In this document: positions 41,916 to 54,976 of the stretch, piece after piece | Layout: each line of letters starts with the position of its first letter | How positions within the stretch are numbered: the stretch's first letter is position 1 | DNA from: Balanoglossus misakiensis | Lineage: Eukaryota > Animalia > Hemichordata | Assembly: GCA_040954595.2 (NCBI GenBank) | Contig: CM082581.2 | Span: forward strand, 8,355,413 to 8,419,412 | Reading direction: 5' to 3' | Length of the DNA: 64,000 bases | Notes under the pieces: model-generated | What the model was told of the DNA's origin: nothing | Seen by the model: the letters and a program-made list of their open reading frames with translations, nothing else | The model's database searches: none | Position numbers and translations under genes: made by a program

Positions 41916-44158
41916 TTATTTTCCTGTGTCCGGCTTATAAAGCGTCGGGTCGGTCGCCGGGTAAAATACGAAACCACTGAGTTCGGCATCCCCCATGATG
42001 CACTTCTCCCAATCCGGCCAGAACCTTTCTTTCATCCTATAGCAATAGTCCTGTAAATTTTTGCAGTCACCTAGAACAACAAAAACCACAACAATTCACT
42101 CATTCAACGTTTGCGCTCTGACCCTCTGGCGGTGACGTCACTTGGGTCACGGTTTCTTCCGAGCTTGAACAAAATTACGCAATTTATACCTGGCTTTAAA
42201 AGGCCCTCTGAGTCGGTCGCATATGCACGGGGAAACGTGCTGTGTGTAAATGAAATAGTGTACATGTTCGATCGAACGTCAAAAGTGGGCTGAAGATACC
42301 GAAAAAAGTTGGGTTAGAAGCAGGTGTGATTTATGTGACGACAAGGAGACACATTCCTCAAACGCAACACGTACGAGGACCTTATGTGGATAAACATACG
42401 AACCTTTCACAAGGCTATGCTGTCGCGAACCTTCAAGCTGCCACAATATTTGAGCCAACTGACCAAAGATGGCGCAATCTTCTTCGCACGGCTCATCACC
42501 GAAAAGAAACTTCTTTTCACCTTTATCGTAAAATGAAAACAAGTATTGATGTTGAACGTATAATCATCAGTAAAAGAATCCTGTGATAGTCGCATTACCC
42601 AACTCGTTTATAAGCTTATCTAGAAACCACATTTACTAGGATGGAAAAATTGACTTTTCTGACGCTCATGCATCTAAATGCATTTACAGCCCACAGACCC
42701 CAGACTTGCGGCCCTACTCACCAAGAAAGTCGGAGAGTGCCTTAATATCTTTCTCCACGATGTGATAGATTTCTTCCTCGCTGTGGCGGCCAATTCCGTG
42801 GGCGTACATACTCTTCTTGGCCGACCGACCACCCAGCTTTGGAATCAGCCACTGGAAGATGAAACCTCTGGGAAATAACCTTCCAAGCTGTTTGGGAGAC
42901 TGCTCACTGTCGACCCAACGGGTATATGCAAGTGACCTGTATCGAGAGAGTTTATTAAAAGAGTGATGGGATGGGGAAACTCAAACGGTAGGGAAAGCAG
43001 CAAATTGTGCAATCTGTGTGGTTCCTCAAGCGTTTGAGATTATGGTCAGGAAGTCAATTAGTGTCTCGGGATGACTCCGATGAACGATGTAAGATTTTCT
43101 GACCATGGATTAACGAGATGTGTGAATCGACTTTCCGGGACGTGGTGTTCAAAGAAACTTGAAAGGTGGTGGTCAAAATGTGATATGGAATGAAACAGGA
43201 TGTTATCGCAATCGTGCAGTCCGTTCTTACCAATACAGCTCCTCCTCCACCATCTTCTGGAAGGCCCTGGCCGCGGCTCTCTCAGACGGACTCAGGTGTT
43301 TGTTCAGATCCACGTTGAATTTTTTATTCAGGTATTCGATGATGAAGCTGGAATCGCTGACCGCCTCCCCATTGTATTCGATCCAGGGAATCTTATTTTT
43401 CGGTGACATTTTATTACTGAATACGGACTGAAGTATGAAAAAACGAGATAAAGACTTGAAAATCTGATTTTTTATCTTCGTCTGTGATCACTGCATTGTA
43501 GGTGCCTTTCAAGTTTATCTTTGGTTGTCGTTCATAATGTGTTCAGCACTTGTCTTATACATAAGAAGGGCCAAATACCCGAGATTGTGAACCTTATTGG
43601 TTGTCACAACTCAGGGAGAAGACATGGTCCCAGTCAGTCATGTCGATGGCTGTTTAATACCAGCCAACGGCTTTAGACAAACACAGCAAGACCACAACAC
43701 TAGTCTTTGCGCAAAACTTACCACGTATGGGATTCGGGCGAACCTGAGATAAGTTTCCAACTTCAGTGGAAATGGTGACAAACTGGGAACATATCTCGCC
43801 CGGCCAGGCTGTCGAAGAATGACAGTGTCCCTGGGGTAATCCTTTCCATCCCTATTGAGAAATCGAGATATTCCCAGTACTTATTATACAATCTACACCT
43901 GTACCTCGCCTGTGGTATGTGACCTCGGCTACGATTAGCATTACATATATGCCAATGCACACCAGACCAGGCCTGCCTGTGCGCAGTGACCCGGCCGGGG
44001 CACGACCATTCGGCAACTTGCCTTGTAAGAGAGACCATGACGAAGCGTAATATTCAGCCAGGTGGGGTGACTTACCTGCCGGCATTTACCCATTTTCGAA
44101 TCCCAATGAAGGAAACTGTTGCGCCAACCACTGCCCCAACTGTCCATAAAGCGCTCAT
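41916..44158 (-). CDS. FAXC: FAXC-like paralog 2
   Basis: Exons 44158-44076 (MSALWTVGAVVGATVSFIGIRKW, N-terminal anchor), 43851-43722, 43427-43231, 42936-42722, 42520-42404 and 42070-41916. The frame is intact and ends ...PTLYKPDTGK*. Confidence 0.9.
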
Positions 44159-44772
44159 GATCGCTTCAGCTGGCCTCTGCAATTACTGTACGAACTGGCG
44201 ACAAAGACGTCCAAGTATACGTTATTGTCCCCTTATTGCATAGAGCGCCCATACAAACAAACCAGACTCGCGTTATTCTCAGGATCCAATGGCTAAGTAT
44301 GCAGTGCGCACCGTACCAGTGGCATCTTATGCCCGGATCGTGAGTTCAAAGGTCAAATGACAAGTCAGCGACCTTTTTTTCTGTTTCTGCAGTGCAACTC
44401 CAGCCAGGTAATGTCGTTAAATGGAAACTGATCGACCAGGCTGATTTTTTACATATGTGCTTGCTATATGTCCTTACTACTACATGTACATACACACCTT
44501 CTGAAAATGTATTGTTTTCGGTAATTTATAAACTACCTACTGCACGGAAGCGGCGAAATTGCTCATGGTTGCCAAGGGTGTAGTAGTAGTCAAGGGATGT
44601 CGTATGAAAAATCTTCGAACTCCGAGTCCACTGATGGCTGACCAAGCAAGGTGAGTGGGCTACTCTCAGCAATTCCGCGTAAATTCTTACAATATTTACA
44701 AATTTTATTCTTTTCGGCAAATAAATGAAAGACACGACATGTTAAATGGAAATTTTCACTATGAAATGCTGA

Positions 44773-47365
44773 TCATTTTCCAGAGTCCGGCTTGTAAAGT
44801 GTCGGGTCCGATTCTGGGTAAGATACGAAACCCTTCAGTGCTATGTCATGTCCCATGATGCACTGCTCCCAATCCGGCCAGAACCTTTCTTTCATCCTGT
44901 AGCAATAATCCATCAAGTTTCTACAGTCGCCTGGAACGACAAAAATGCGAACTTGTTGAATCGATTCACACTCTTACCATCTGGGTCGGAGCTGGGTACC
45001 AAACAGTACATCGCAAAACCAAGGAGTGCTTTGAACATTTTGAATGTGAACATGGGGACACTCTGTTGTCAATGACATTCCAAACACTCCCAAATTTAAA
45101 AATGTTAATGGCATATATGACTCCTTATCTCTGAAAGCCTTCGCATGCATCACGGAAACATGGACACGTCAGTTTTTTCTGTTGGACAATCTATGTGTAA
45201 GAATATACTAACCTTCCATAAGGTTATGCTGTCGTGACCCTTCAAGCTGCCAAAGCATTTGAGCCAACTGCCCAAATATGGCACAATCTTCCTCACACGG
45301 CTCGTCGCCGAATAAAAATTTCTTTTCACCTTTTTTGTAAACAGATATACAACTACTGTACTGATGATGAACATATACATTGTACACCTATAGTATCATC
45401 TGAGAGAAACTATATTCTTGTCATGGTCACACAACTCGATTAGTTCGTATCTTGTAAATTTTGTTTAAAATCTTTGAAAAGAAACCTAGACGGACGAACC
45501 CAATACACAACGATTGATAAAGTGTCACCATGTCTGAGACATTTCTGACGCTCCCTTGCCTTGCATTAGCAACGTGCATCACAGACCTCGGACTCTGTGG
45601 CCCCACTCACCAAGAAAGTCGGACAACGCCCTCATGTCTTTTTCCACGATGTGGTAGATTTCTTCCTTGCTGTGGCGGCCTATTCCGTGGGCGTACATGT
45701 TCTTCTTCACTGACCGCCGGGCGATCTTTGGAACCAGCGACTCGAAGACGAAACCCTTGGGAAGTAACTTTTCAAGCTGTTTGGGAGACTGCTCACTATC
45801 AACCCAGTGGGTATATGAAAGTGACCTGTATCGGGAGAGTTCATTCAAAACGTTTCGTTTTCAAACGCCAGGATGATCAAAAACAGCCAATTTTGTCATC
45901 TGTTTGTATTTTCAGAGTTTTTACGTTCACTGAAATTATCGTCAGAAACTTAAACACTGTACCGGGTGATTTCGATGAACAATGTGAAACTGTCTAGTAA
46001 CAGCAGCAGTTTACTAAATCCGGCGTGTGAATAATTCCCATGTCTTTCTGGAACGTGGCGTACAAAGAAATCACATGGACTATAAACACCACGGCGACTA
46101 GAAATGTGGTAGTTCCAATTCGGTGAGAAATAAAAAAGATATCGCGTCTGCAACTTACCAATATAGCTCCTCTTCCACCATCTTCTGGAAGGCCCTGGCC
46201 GTGGCTCTCTCAGACGGATTCAGGTGTTTGCTAAGATCCACATTGAATTTCTCATTCAGGTATTCGATGATGAAGCTGGAATCGCTGACCACCTCTCCAT
46301 TGTATTCGATCCAGGGAATCTTATTTTTCGGTGACATTTTATCACTAAATACGGACTGAAAGGTAAAAGATACCATAATAAGAAGTCTGTACTAGCTCGT
46401 AAGGGCCAAAATACAGACAAAATTATCTTCGTTGTCGTTCCGTCGTTGTTTTCGTGACCATTTATTGACCATCCACAGAGTCAAACACTAGAAATCGCAT
46501 TCCACGAAACAGGGAAAAATACAAAATGCCGAGTCTCTGCGCGAAAACTTACCACGTATGGGATTTGAGCAAACCTGAGGTAAGTTTCCAATTTCAGCGG
46601 AAATCCTGACATACTTGGAGTATATCTCGCCCGGCCAAACTGTCGAAGAATGACAGTGTCCCTCGGGTAGACTTTTTCATCCCTATTTGAGAAATTGAGT
46701 AGGTCGTGAGAATGCTTGTATTTTCATGAGACATTAGATTTTCGTCAATCCCCCCCACCCAACAGAAAATTGACAGGAGCAGATCACTCAGGTTTCTCTG
46801 ACACGTCCCTTTTGGAGTCATTGACCCAGATTGTGGAAATGCCTGCACTGAGCTCTTCCACGGACACATGACCATGGCTACTATATATAGCTTACCTTCT
46901 GACAGATGCATAATTTCGCAGCCCAGTCAAGGTTATCGCTTTCATTGTCACATTGAGAAGTCCAAGGTCTCTCCACCAACGGTATTGTGAACTTCTCATC
47001 GTGACAGTCACTGCTGTAGCTGTCCACAAAACTCTCATGGTGAATGGTGAGAGTTTTTTTCCGGACTTGTCTACTATTTACAACTGCGTAAGAAATTAAA
47101 CTACGCGCCTGTAGCTAGACTGGCCAAACATATATAGGTCTATGATCACGACCACGAACTTTGCACCGTACACAGCAGACCAAGGTGACTACTGCCATCA
47201 CCAGTGACTGGGGCGCGACATCTCTACTTGTCATGTGACTAATAACTTTGACGCGGGATAATATTTCAGCCAGGTGGCTTACCTGCCGACAGATACCAAT
47301 TTTCGAATCCCAATGAAGGAAACAGTCGCGACAGCCACTGCGCCAGCTGTCCAATAAACGTTCAT
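44773..47365 (-). CDS. FAXC: FAXC-like paralog 3 (closest to paralog 2)
   Basis: Exons 47365-47283, 46682-46553, 46355-46159, 45825-45611, 45329-45213 and 44930-44773. Internal exon sizes 130/197/215/117 are identical to paralog 2. Intact, ends ...YKPDSGK*. Confidence 0.9.
46896..47038 (-). CDS. Alternative first exon of FAXC paralog 3, mitochondrial presequence-like
   Basis: tcaccATG ... GTCAGAAG|gtaagc, 143 nt, phase 2 like the normal exon 1, no stop codon: MRVLWTATAVTVTMRSSQYRWWRDLGLLNVTMKAITLTGLRNYASVR. Confidence 0.6.
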
Positions 47366-47798
47366 GATCACTTCGGCTCTTCAATTGGACACTGCAATAT
47401 AGTGCACATATGCCCTAGTTTAATACATGAAGTACTTTATTCAGTTTACTGTCACCTTAGTATGCGCATTGACCCTCATTGATCATGCGTCATTCTCAAG
47501 ATTCCACGGCAAACATGCGCAGTGCAGTGAGCCGATAAGTTGCAGCTTATGCCCGGCCCTCCGTGAGTGCCGGCAGTTTCATGTATTTTCAGTTTTAAGA
47601 GAGAATAATCTAAAGTAACCTTCAGCAAAATACGAGAAAAAAGTTATAATCTTTGATTTTCGGGGCGCATACTTCCTTAAACAAGTTGAAAGTGGCGGAT
47701 AAGGCATATTCTCTTGATCTTTTGTATTTCTCATCGCGAAGTTCTCAATGCATAAGTGCGCTGTATGCATAAGTAAAAAGCATATGAAACTACAAATG

Positions 47799-49734
47799 TT
47801 AAGGAGAGCCCCTAAACACTGTAGAATCCGTCTCGGGATATATCAACTCATACGGTGGCAGTTCTCTCTCCCCCAAGATGACCCGATCCCAGTCCGGCCA
47901 AAATCTTTCTTTCATGGCGTAACAGTAATCGCGTAGATTGCTGCAGTCACCTGGAAAAGAAGAAGTGTGGGATGTAATGCGCCTCGGATACCATTTTCCA
48001 AAAGCATTTACCGCGAACTCATCAGTGCAAGGAGATACCTCACTATCATGATGTCATCTATATCTTACCGTTCACCAGAGTCTCCTGCGGCGATCCTTCC
48101 AATTGCCAAACAAAGTGGGCTAGCTGACCAAATATGGCGCAGTCCTCTTCACAAGGCTCGTCGCCAAACAGAAACTTCTTATTTCCTGAAGTAACGATCG
48201 AAGAATATCAACCAAAAACCCAAAATCTGCACAATCCTGACGTTTTGCCATATTATCAACATCATGTACATGTAGTTGGAATACCTCACGCCTAAGGGTT
48301 ATCTGTATTTTCAATGGAATGAATATTACATAGTAGATTGACTGTACAAAGTTAACGTCCTTCCGAACGACAAAATGTAGCTATCACGTCTGTTAAGTTT
48401 TTAGTCACTGAAATGACTGTAAAGCATGAAAGATTACAATGGTAATACCTAAGAATGCAGACAAAGCTCGGATGTCCTTCTCCGCTATTCGGTAGATTTC
48501 ACTTTCGGAGTGTCGACCAATCCCGTGGCCGTACATGTTTTCCCGTGCGTTGCGTTTCCCCGTTATGGGTACGACGCGTTCCCAGAAGAAACCCTTTGGA
48601 TGAAGTTTGGCCTGGGTGGAATTTTCGTCCAGCCATCGGGTGTAAGCAAGCGTCCTGCAGTAACAACAAAGGTTATCTATGTGGAAAGTCCATTTCATAA
48701 CAGCATAATCGACTTGGAAACAGGCAAGTGAGAAAACATATCTTACCAATAAAGATTCTCCTCCGCCATCTTCTGGAAGGCCCTGGCCGTGGCTCTCTCA
48801 GGCGGACTCAGGTGTTTACTCAGATCTACGTTGATTTTTTTATTCAGGAATTCGATGATGAAGCTGGAATCGCTGACCACCTCTCCATTAAATTCAATCC
48901 AGGGAACTTTGCCTTTTGGTGAATTTTCGAAGGAATCTGCGTTCTTTTCGTGAGTGAAAATCGGAAAAAAATGTCACCTCACCAGGAAGATGATAGAATG
49001 TGAAATGAATATGTTATAATATGAAAATTGTGCTCGTAACAAGGCAGTTCAAAAACTTTGAGAATATTTTTATCAACTGAAAAGAGAACTTACCACGTAC
49101 GGAATTTTGGCAAATCTCAGATAAGTTTCCAATTTTATAGGAAACGGTGATAAACTCGGAGCGTATCTTGCTCGACCCATTTGATGTACAATAACTGTGT
49201 CGTTAGGATATTCGATCTTTCTCCTGTGTATAATAGAAAGATTTACTGATGTTGCAATTATGCAGAAAGCTTAATTATGGCAGATCTTGTCTCGGCTCCC
49301 TCTGGTGCCCATTCATTGGGCCTGGTATCCTTGAGGGTCAAAGGGTGATATCTTACAATCATGTCCCTGCAATCAGCTTGTACCGAAAAGGCTAGGTCCA
49401 ATTGGTCTGGTTTTATCAACTGAAGACGCGGTGCAACCTTACTGAAGACTGTGCAAACACCTTCTGACACGTGACAGCCACGGGCACTGTCAAAGTCGGG
49501 CTCGTTGTGCTGACTCTAAGTCTACATGGTCAAGAAGTCGTCACATCATATTATAATATAAAACCACTGCAACTAATCAAACGCAACCAACTGCATACTG
49601 CCAAATTTGCTCGAGGTCTAAGCTTACAACAGCAATAATATGATCATATCATACCTTGTTACATTTATCAGCCATGTAAACAGATTAATTGCAGCTGATG
49701 TCGCGACTTCCACCACTGTCCATAGAAAAGTCAT
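47799..49734 (-). CDS. FAXC: FAXC-like paralog 4
   Basis: Exons 49734-49655, 49223-49094, 48943-48747, 48654-48449, 48185-48069 and 47950-47799. Intact, ends ...STVFRGSP*. Confidence 0.88.
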
Positions 49735-50327
49735 GGTGTACCATGTTCTGTATATACGCCACGGGGAAGTAGTCCAGGTTGGCCAGACCCAAATCGAGGC
49801 TACCAAGATGGCCGCCAATTGGCTTGGGGCAAATGTGATTACATACAGACAGACAGACGAATACAGTAATATGTATATACACATCATCAAATAAAGACAA
49901 AAACAATGACAGTTTTTCTTTTTAAAAAACTTGTATGTTTTTTATTATGAAAGAATTAAGTACTCTCATAAAGGTTTTAATCCATGGGAAAAACTTGGCA
50001 CTTATTTTGGTGTGTCTCCCTATAAAGTGAGCTCATGAAAAATCTTGGAATTGTAAGATAGATCTATGGCATGCATGTTTGCACTGACTGCAATAGAGCA
50101 ATTCACTTATCAGTAAAAACCACTACTTTAATTTAAATTGTTGTACATGTACCAGTATTCAAGTACTAACAATTTTATAGAGTGATAATAATTCTGCCTA
50201 TTGTACATTTCAGATTTTTTTGATAAAACTAGGACATATAAAGAGACACTTGTTCTAGAGGAGAAACAGCCGAATTCTACTCTTTCGGCAAGATCTGAGA
50301 GGGTTTAGGTTTCATTCAAACATTAGC

Positions 50328-52784
50328 TCAGCCTTTGTATGCTGTTTTATCCGATTCAGGATAGCCTACAAACTCCTTGAGCTCGCGGTCTCCCATGATG
50401 CATTGCTCCCAGTCTGGCCAAAATCGTTCTTTCATTCTGTTGCAATATTCGCTAAGATTGCTGCAATCACCTGCAAACACATAAAAATCAATTATCAAGG
50501 ATGGTTGAATGAAAAAAAAAATAGTATTCGAAATTCCACAAGAGTGATATTTTGGTGTTACATGTAATAATTGTAAATGTGTATGCATGTACTGTAAGTA
50601 CAATATGTTCTACAAGAATGTTCTACAGGTATGTGTGTGTATGTATACATACGTAACTACATATGTACATTGTCCCTGTGTCTGCCTGTATGTCTTCCTA
50701 TTCGTCAGTTTCTCACCTTTCATTAGTGTTTGTTGTGGGGAACCTATAAGATGCCATAGAATCTGTGCTAATTGTCCAAACAGGGCACAATCCTCTTCAC
50801 ATGGCTCCTCCCCAAATAGAAACTTCTTGTCACCTGTAATGACGAGTTATGAGTCATACATCAAAATACAATGTATTACCCGTGGCATAGGTAAAATGGT
50901 AGACCCAGGGTCTATCATGGTAAAACAGTCTTGGTGTCAACAGTTACAACTTGTCTCTCTCTCTCACCTAAAAACACAGACAGCGCCCGTATGTCCTTTT
51001 CCGCAATGCTGTAGATTTCATCTGTGGAGTGTCGACCGATCCCGTGCCCGTACATATTTTTCCCTGCCATGCGTTTGGCCACTTTGGGCAGAATGAATTT
51101 ATAGAAGAAACCCTTGGGGAGCAGATTTGCCACTTGGGAATTTTTGTCGAACCAACGGCTGTACATGAGGGTCCTGAATATAAAAAGAAACCCATAGGGT
51201 CTAGTAACTGCCAAACTTGTGCAAGCGAAAGTTGGAAACATTGCAAAAAATCACTGCAATGCTTATAACACAAAGTGCCAGATGTTCTACTTATTTCATG
51301 ATAAATAGGAACGGCAGACTTCAATGCTCTGACATGACGATGCCTTACCAATAGAGTTCCTCCTCCACCATCTTTTGGAAGGCCCTGGCCGTGGCTCTCT
51401 CAGATGGACTCAGGTGTTTGCTCAGATCCACGTTGAATTTCTCATTCAGGAATTCAATGATGAAGCTGGAATCGCCGATCACCTCTCCGTTGAAGACAAT
51501 CCAGGGAACCTTGTGTTTGGGAGACTTTTCCATGGTATGTACGTTCTGGGAAGCAAATGGGGTAGAAACAAAGAGAAATGTATTGCGGGTCAGGTTTGGA
51601 TCGATTTTAATGTTTTCTACAGTCATGGTGTCAGAAAGTGGAATTATCCATGAGCTTTCTTCAGAGGCCACGCCCATTCTGATCAATACAGTACTTACCA
51701 AATACGGAATTTTGGCAAATCTCAGATATGTTTCTAATTTTATTGGAAATGGCGACAAACTGGGAGCATATCTGCCTCGGCCAATTTGATGCAAAATGAC
51801 TGTGTCTTTTGGGTAATCTGTCTTCTTGGTCTTCTTGCTGTAAAATAAACGAGAATAATTTCAGTCCATACAGAGTTATTAGATATAGATTCAGGCCTAT
51901 ATTATAACATGGCTTTATCGAGTTCACTAAATGTTCAACCTAACGCTGCAGCTACTTGACAGGCAATTTGCATATTTATCGAATAGTGGTACAGGGCCAT
52001 CCAAGGTCAACAGATTAGGACAGGGTCCATTTTAACCCAATACTGACTTGCCCACATGTTGTCAGTCCTGTTTTATGGTTAATGCTTGTGCAGTTATCAT
52101 TGCACTGTCCCTCGCTGGTGTCATGAAATGTGGATATTAATATAACTGGACACTGTAATTTCAATGTGCATATCAGGTTTGAATAAACCAGCGAGAGAAT
52201 CATACTTAATGCTGCTATGTTTCTGGATTTAATGAATAACTGGTTGTTTACATTGATGTCTAGGTTAAGGAGTGTCCAGTTTGATACTGAGGGGGGCAGT
52301 GTAACAGAGGCCCGATTAAATGTATACCTTCACCAATATTTGTACAGTTTTCTCAACCCAACAGAGAAACTTCAAGTTGAACTATTAATGGCCCTACCTG
52401 GGCCCTACCCACAGAGGAAATGGTGTTATTATAATCAATCGGACTTATGTTAATCACTGCGAAATATGACACTACTCTTGCATATCCCCCCCCCCCCCCC
52501 CCACCATAACCATTGAACACTACCTCAGCGTGACATGGCAGAATTATGATACAAAAACACACAGGCGCAGGAATCACACTGACTGTAGCCTGATGTTGAA
52601 TCAGGGTACAGTCAATGTGATACCAGGCAAAACCTCGAGCTACAATAAACCACCGAACCGGTGTATCTTCTACAACTTTATCATCCTGGTCACATCACAC
52701 TTACCTCCGAGAAAATTTCACACGAAATCCTATGAATATTACTGTAGCTGCAGCCACAGCCCCAAAGGTCCACAGAACACTCAT
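50328..52784 (-). CDS. FAXC: FAXC-like paralog 5
   Basis: Exons 52784-52705 (MSVLWTFGAVAAATVIFIGFRV), 51837-51699, 51545-51349, 51173-50968, 50833-50717 and 50470-50328. Intact, ends ...DKTAYKG*. Confidence 0.9.
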
Positions 52785-53991
52785 TATCATCTGCGATTTG
52801 AAAATGACAAGGGAAGATCAACTATCATTTCCACAGAGAAGTCAGTACACATACTCTTGACAACTGCAGCTGGCAGTTAATGGGTAACATGGGGGCAGGG
52901 CCAGAGTTCAAAGGTCAGTTGGGGTCTTCCGTGTACGGTCGTGGACGGGCGTTTGTATAATACATGTACATTATACATGAATAACCGAAAAAGAAAAATC
53001 TAACCACCACGCTCTAAGTGACAGAGGAGTCGAAATGACAATTTTAGGAATCGGGTAGCCCCGCCGCCGGAGAGTACCTTCGTTGCGTGAAAAGCGATTG
53101 GCGAAAACCATTTGCGCCCTCTGCGTCGTGTTTTGTGTTTTTCATTGTCTATGAAAATAGCTCACAAAACCACATGAGATCGATGTAGACAAAAATTGTT
53201 CCCCCCCTCAATCTACGTATGCCAGTTTGTTTACAGAAAAGTTGCACGCAGCATTTGGTGGCAGGAATGTAATTATTTTCAGTAATGCACACGTTCATGA
53301 CAGGGTCCATACAGGGGACACCTGTTGAATGAAAAACATATTTTTCTTAGTGGTTTTGCAATGGGTAGCTGTTGCCAAGTACCGCCCAAGTTGTCAGAGC
53401 CTTTGATGAGGGGTCGGAATGACCGTCGTTCACGCGTCAGTTGAATAAACACAGAAGTGAAGTGCAGAATAAGATTTATTTGCATCAATTTGGTGGAGAA
53501 CTTCACACACACACACACACACCACTCAATAACACTCTTCATTTCAGGACGGTTTGTCCAGATCGTAACCGACTCGGTAAATTTCATATTTTTGTATGCG
53601 AGAACAAAAGCTACCAATCACAGGTTCGCCGCAGGCGTGGTATCATCATACAAAACGGGTGGAATTCGTCATGGTGACGTCGTTAGGAAAGACACGTGAC
53701 CAATAATCCCACAGTAGTACTTGGAAATTTATAGCTGACAACGCCATTGTGTCTCTCCGCGCCAATGTAGGGCGAGACTACTGCCATTAACATTCCCACG
53801 CTGATACATTTCGAATGTTTCCAACCACCTTATTGTAAACGTAGGCCTAAACGTGGATTTCGTAATTGGGAGACTTTCTCTCGTGGTTCAGTTGGTGGAC
53901 ATCTCCATTGAAACGTAAAACGAGCGTTTGTATGAAGCACACATCTTGATCAAAACACCATTTGCAAATTGCAACAACAAAACGTTCTCCA

Positions 53992-54943
53992 TGAGTCACA
54001 CCAAAAAAATATTCCCGTATACCACCACCAAAGTTAACATCAAAGAATGACCACTGCTGTCTTCCTTACGAACCATCTGACAAAGAACTTACTAAGTTAC
54101 AGCGATATTTTCCCGAACATGAAGATACACCATCTGAAAAGAACATTTCGTCTTTCCGAAGAACAAGGCGTACAGCAAGTGGGACGCTAACTCGAAAGGT
54201 CGCTCTAATTTTCCCTCTTCTTTAGATGTGAAGGGAGATTTTTCGAGCAGAGTTTTATTGCTGAGGGATGGATAGAAATGCATTGCCCAGCAACAAGTCG
54301 GCGAGTCACGTATTGTTCAATTCGGTTTATTTTATGACAGGTTATTTGATCAGTTGAATAAAAGCGCAACAATTCCTTAACCTTTTTGCATGGGGTTCAG
54401 TTTGGGCTTTCCATTGTCTGAAGTGAATTTATTTCATTTTAATTTTACAAAATGACACCACACACATGGTCAAAGTGGGGACTATTTTGAGAATTTTTTT
54501 TACTGGAAATCCAGGCGCGCGTGTACACGGTGAAACTTATGTTCGGAGCAATTTGAGCCCTCCCCGTGACGTCACTGGTATGCAAGTAGCGCAACATTTG
54601 TTGGCATGTCCCTGATTCAGAAGTGGGCACGATCGGTCCTTCGGTTTTATTTTTCACGAGCTATCGAAATTCCAATTGGTGTAAAACTTATGACGCGATC
54701 AGGTGTGGCAAGACACCGAGGCCTCGTTTTCGATTTCATCGACATGCCAACGCGGGTGCGCGCTGCACTACTTTCACCAATTTTATTGTCGAATATTCTC
54801 GCGGGGATTTCCGTGGCGTTGTCCTATTCTTTTACTGGTTGACACGTGTCACTCCCACCAAGTTCAAGTATCATCTTGCTTCCCACACTACTACCGGGTG
54901 TGTACTTCCTCAGTGGGCCAGTGATAACGCCCGGCAATATAAA
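53992..54943 (+). promoter_or_regulatory. Inducible-type promoter of the candidate cytokine gene (AP-1, CRE, NF-kB, TATA)
   Basis: TGAGTCA 53992-53998; kB-like GGGCTTTCC ~54404-54412; TGACGTCA 54567-54574; consensus kB GGGGATTTCC 54803-54812; TATAAA 54938-54943, 39 nt before ATG 54977. Confidence 0.6.
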
Positions 54944-54976
54944 TTACCTGCCCATAAACTATTAAACAGAGATTAT

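Noticed and set aside
49461-49548. Possible alternative first exon in FAXC paralog 4 (ends GTCAGAAG|gtgttt like the paralog 3 alternative exon)
   Set aside because: There is an in-frame TGA a few codons upstream and the donor is weak; at most a decayed remnant.
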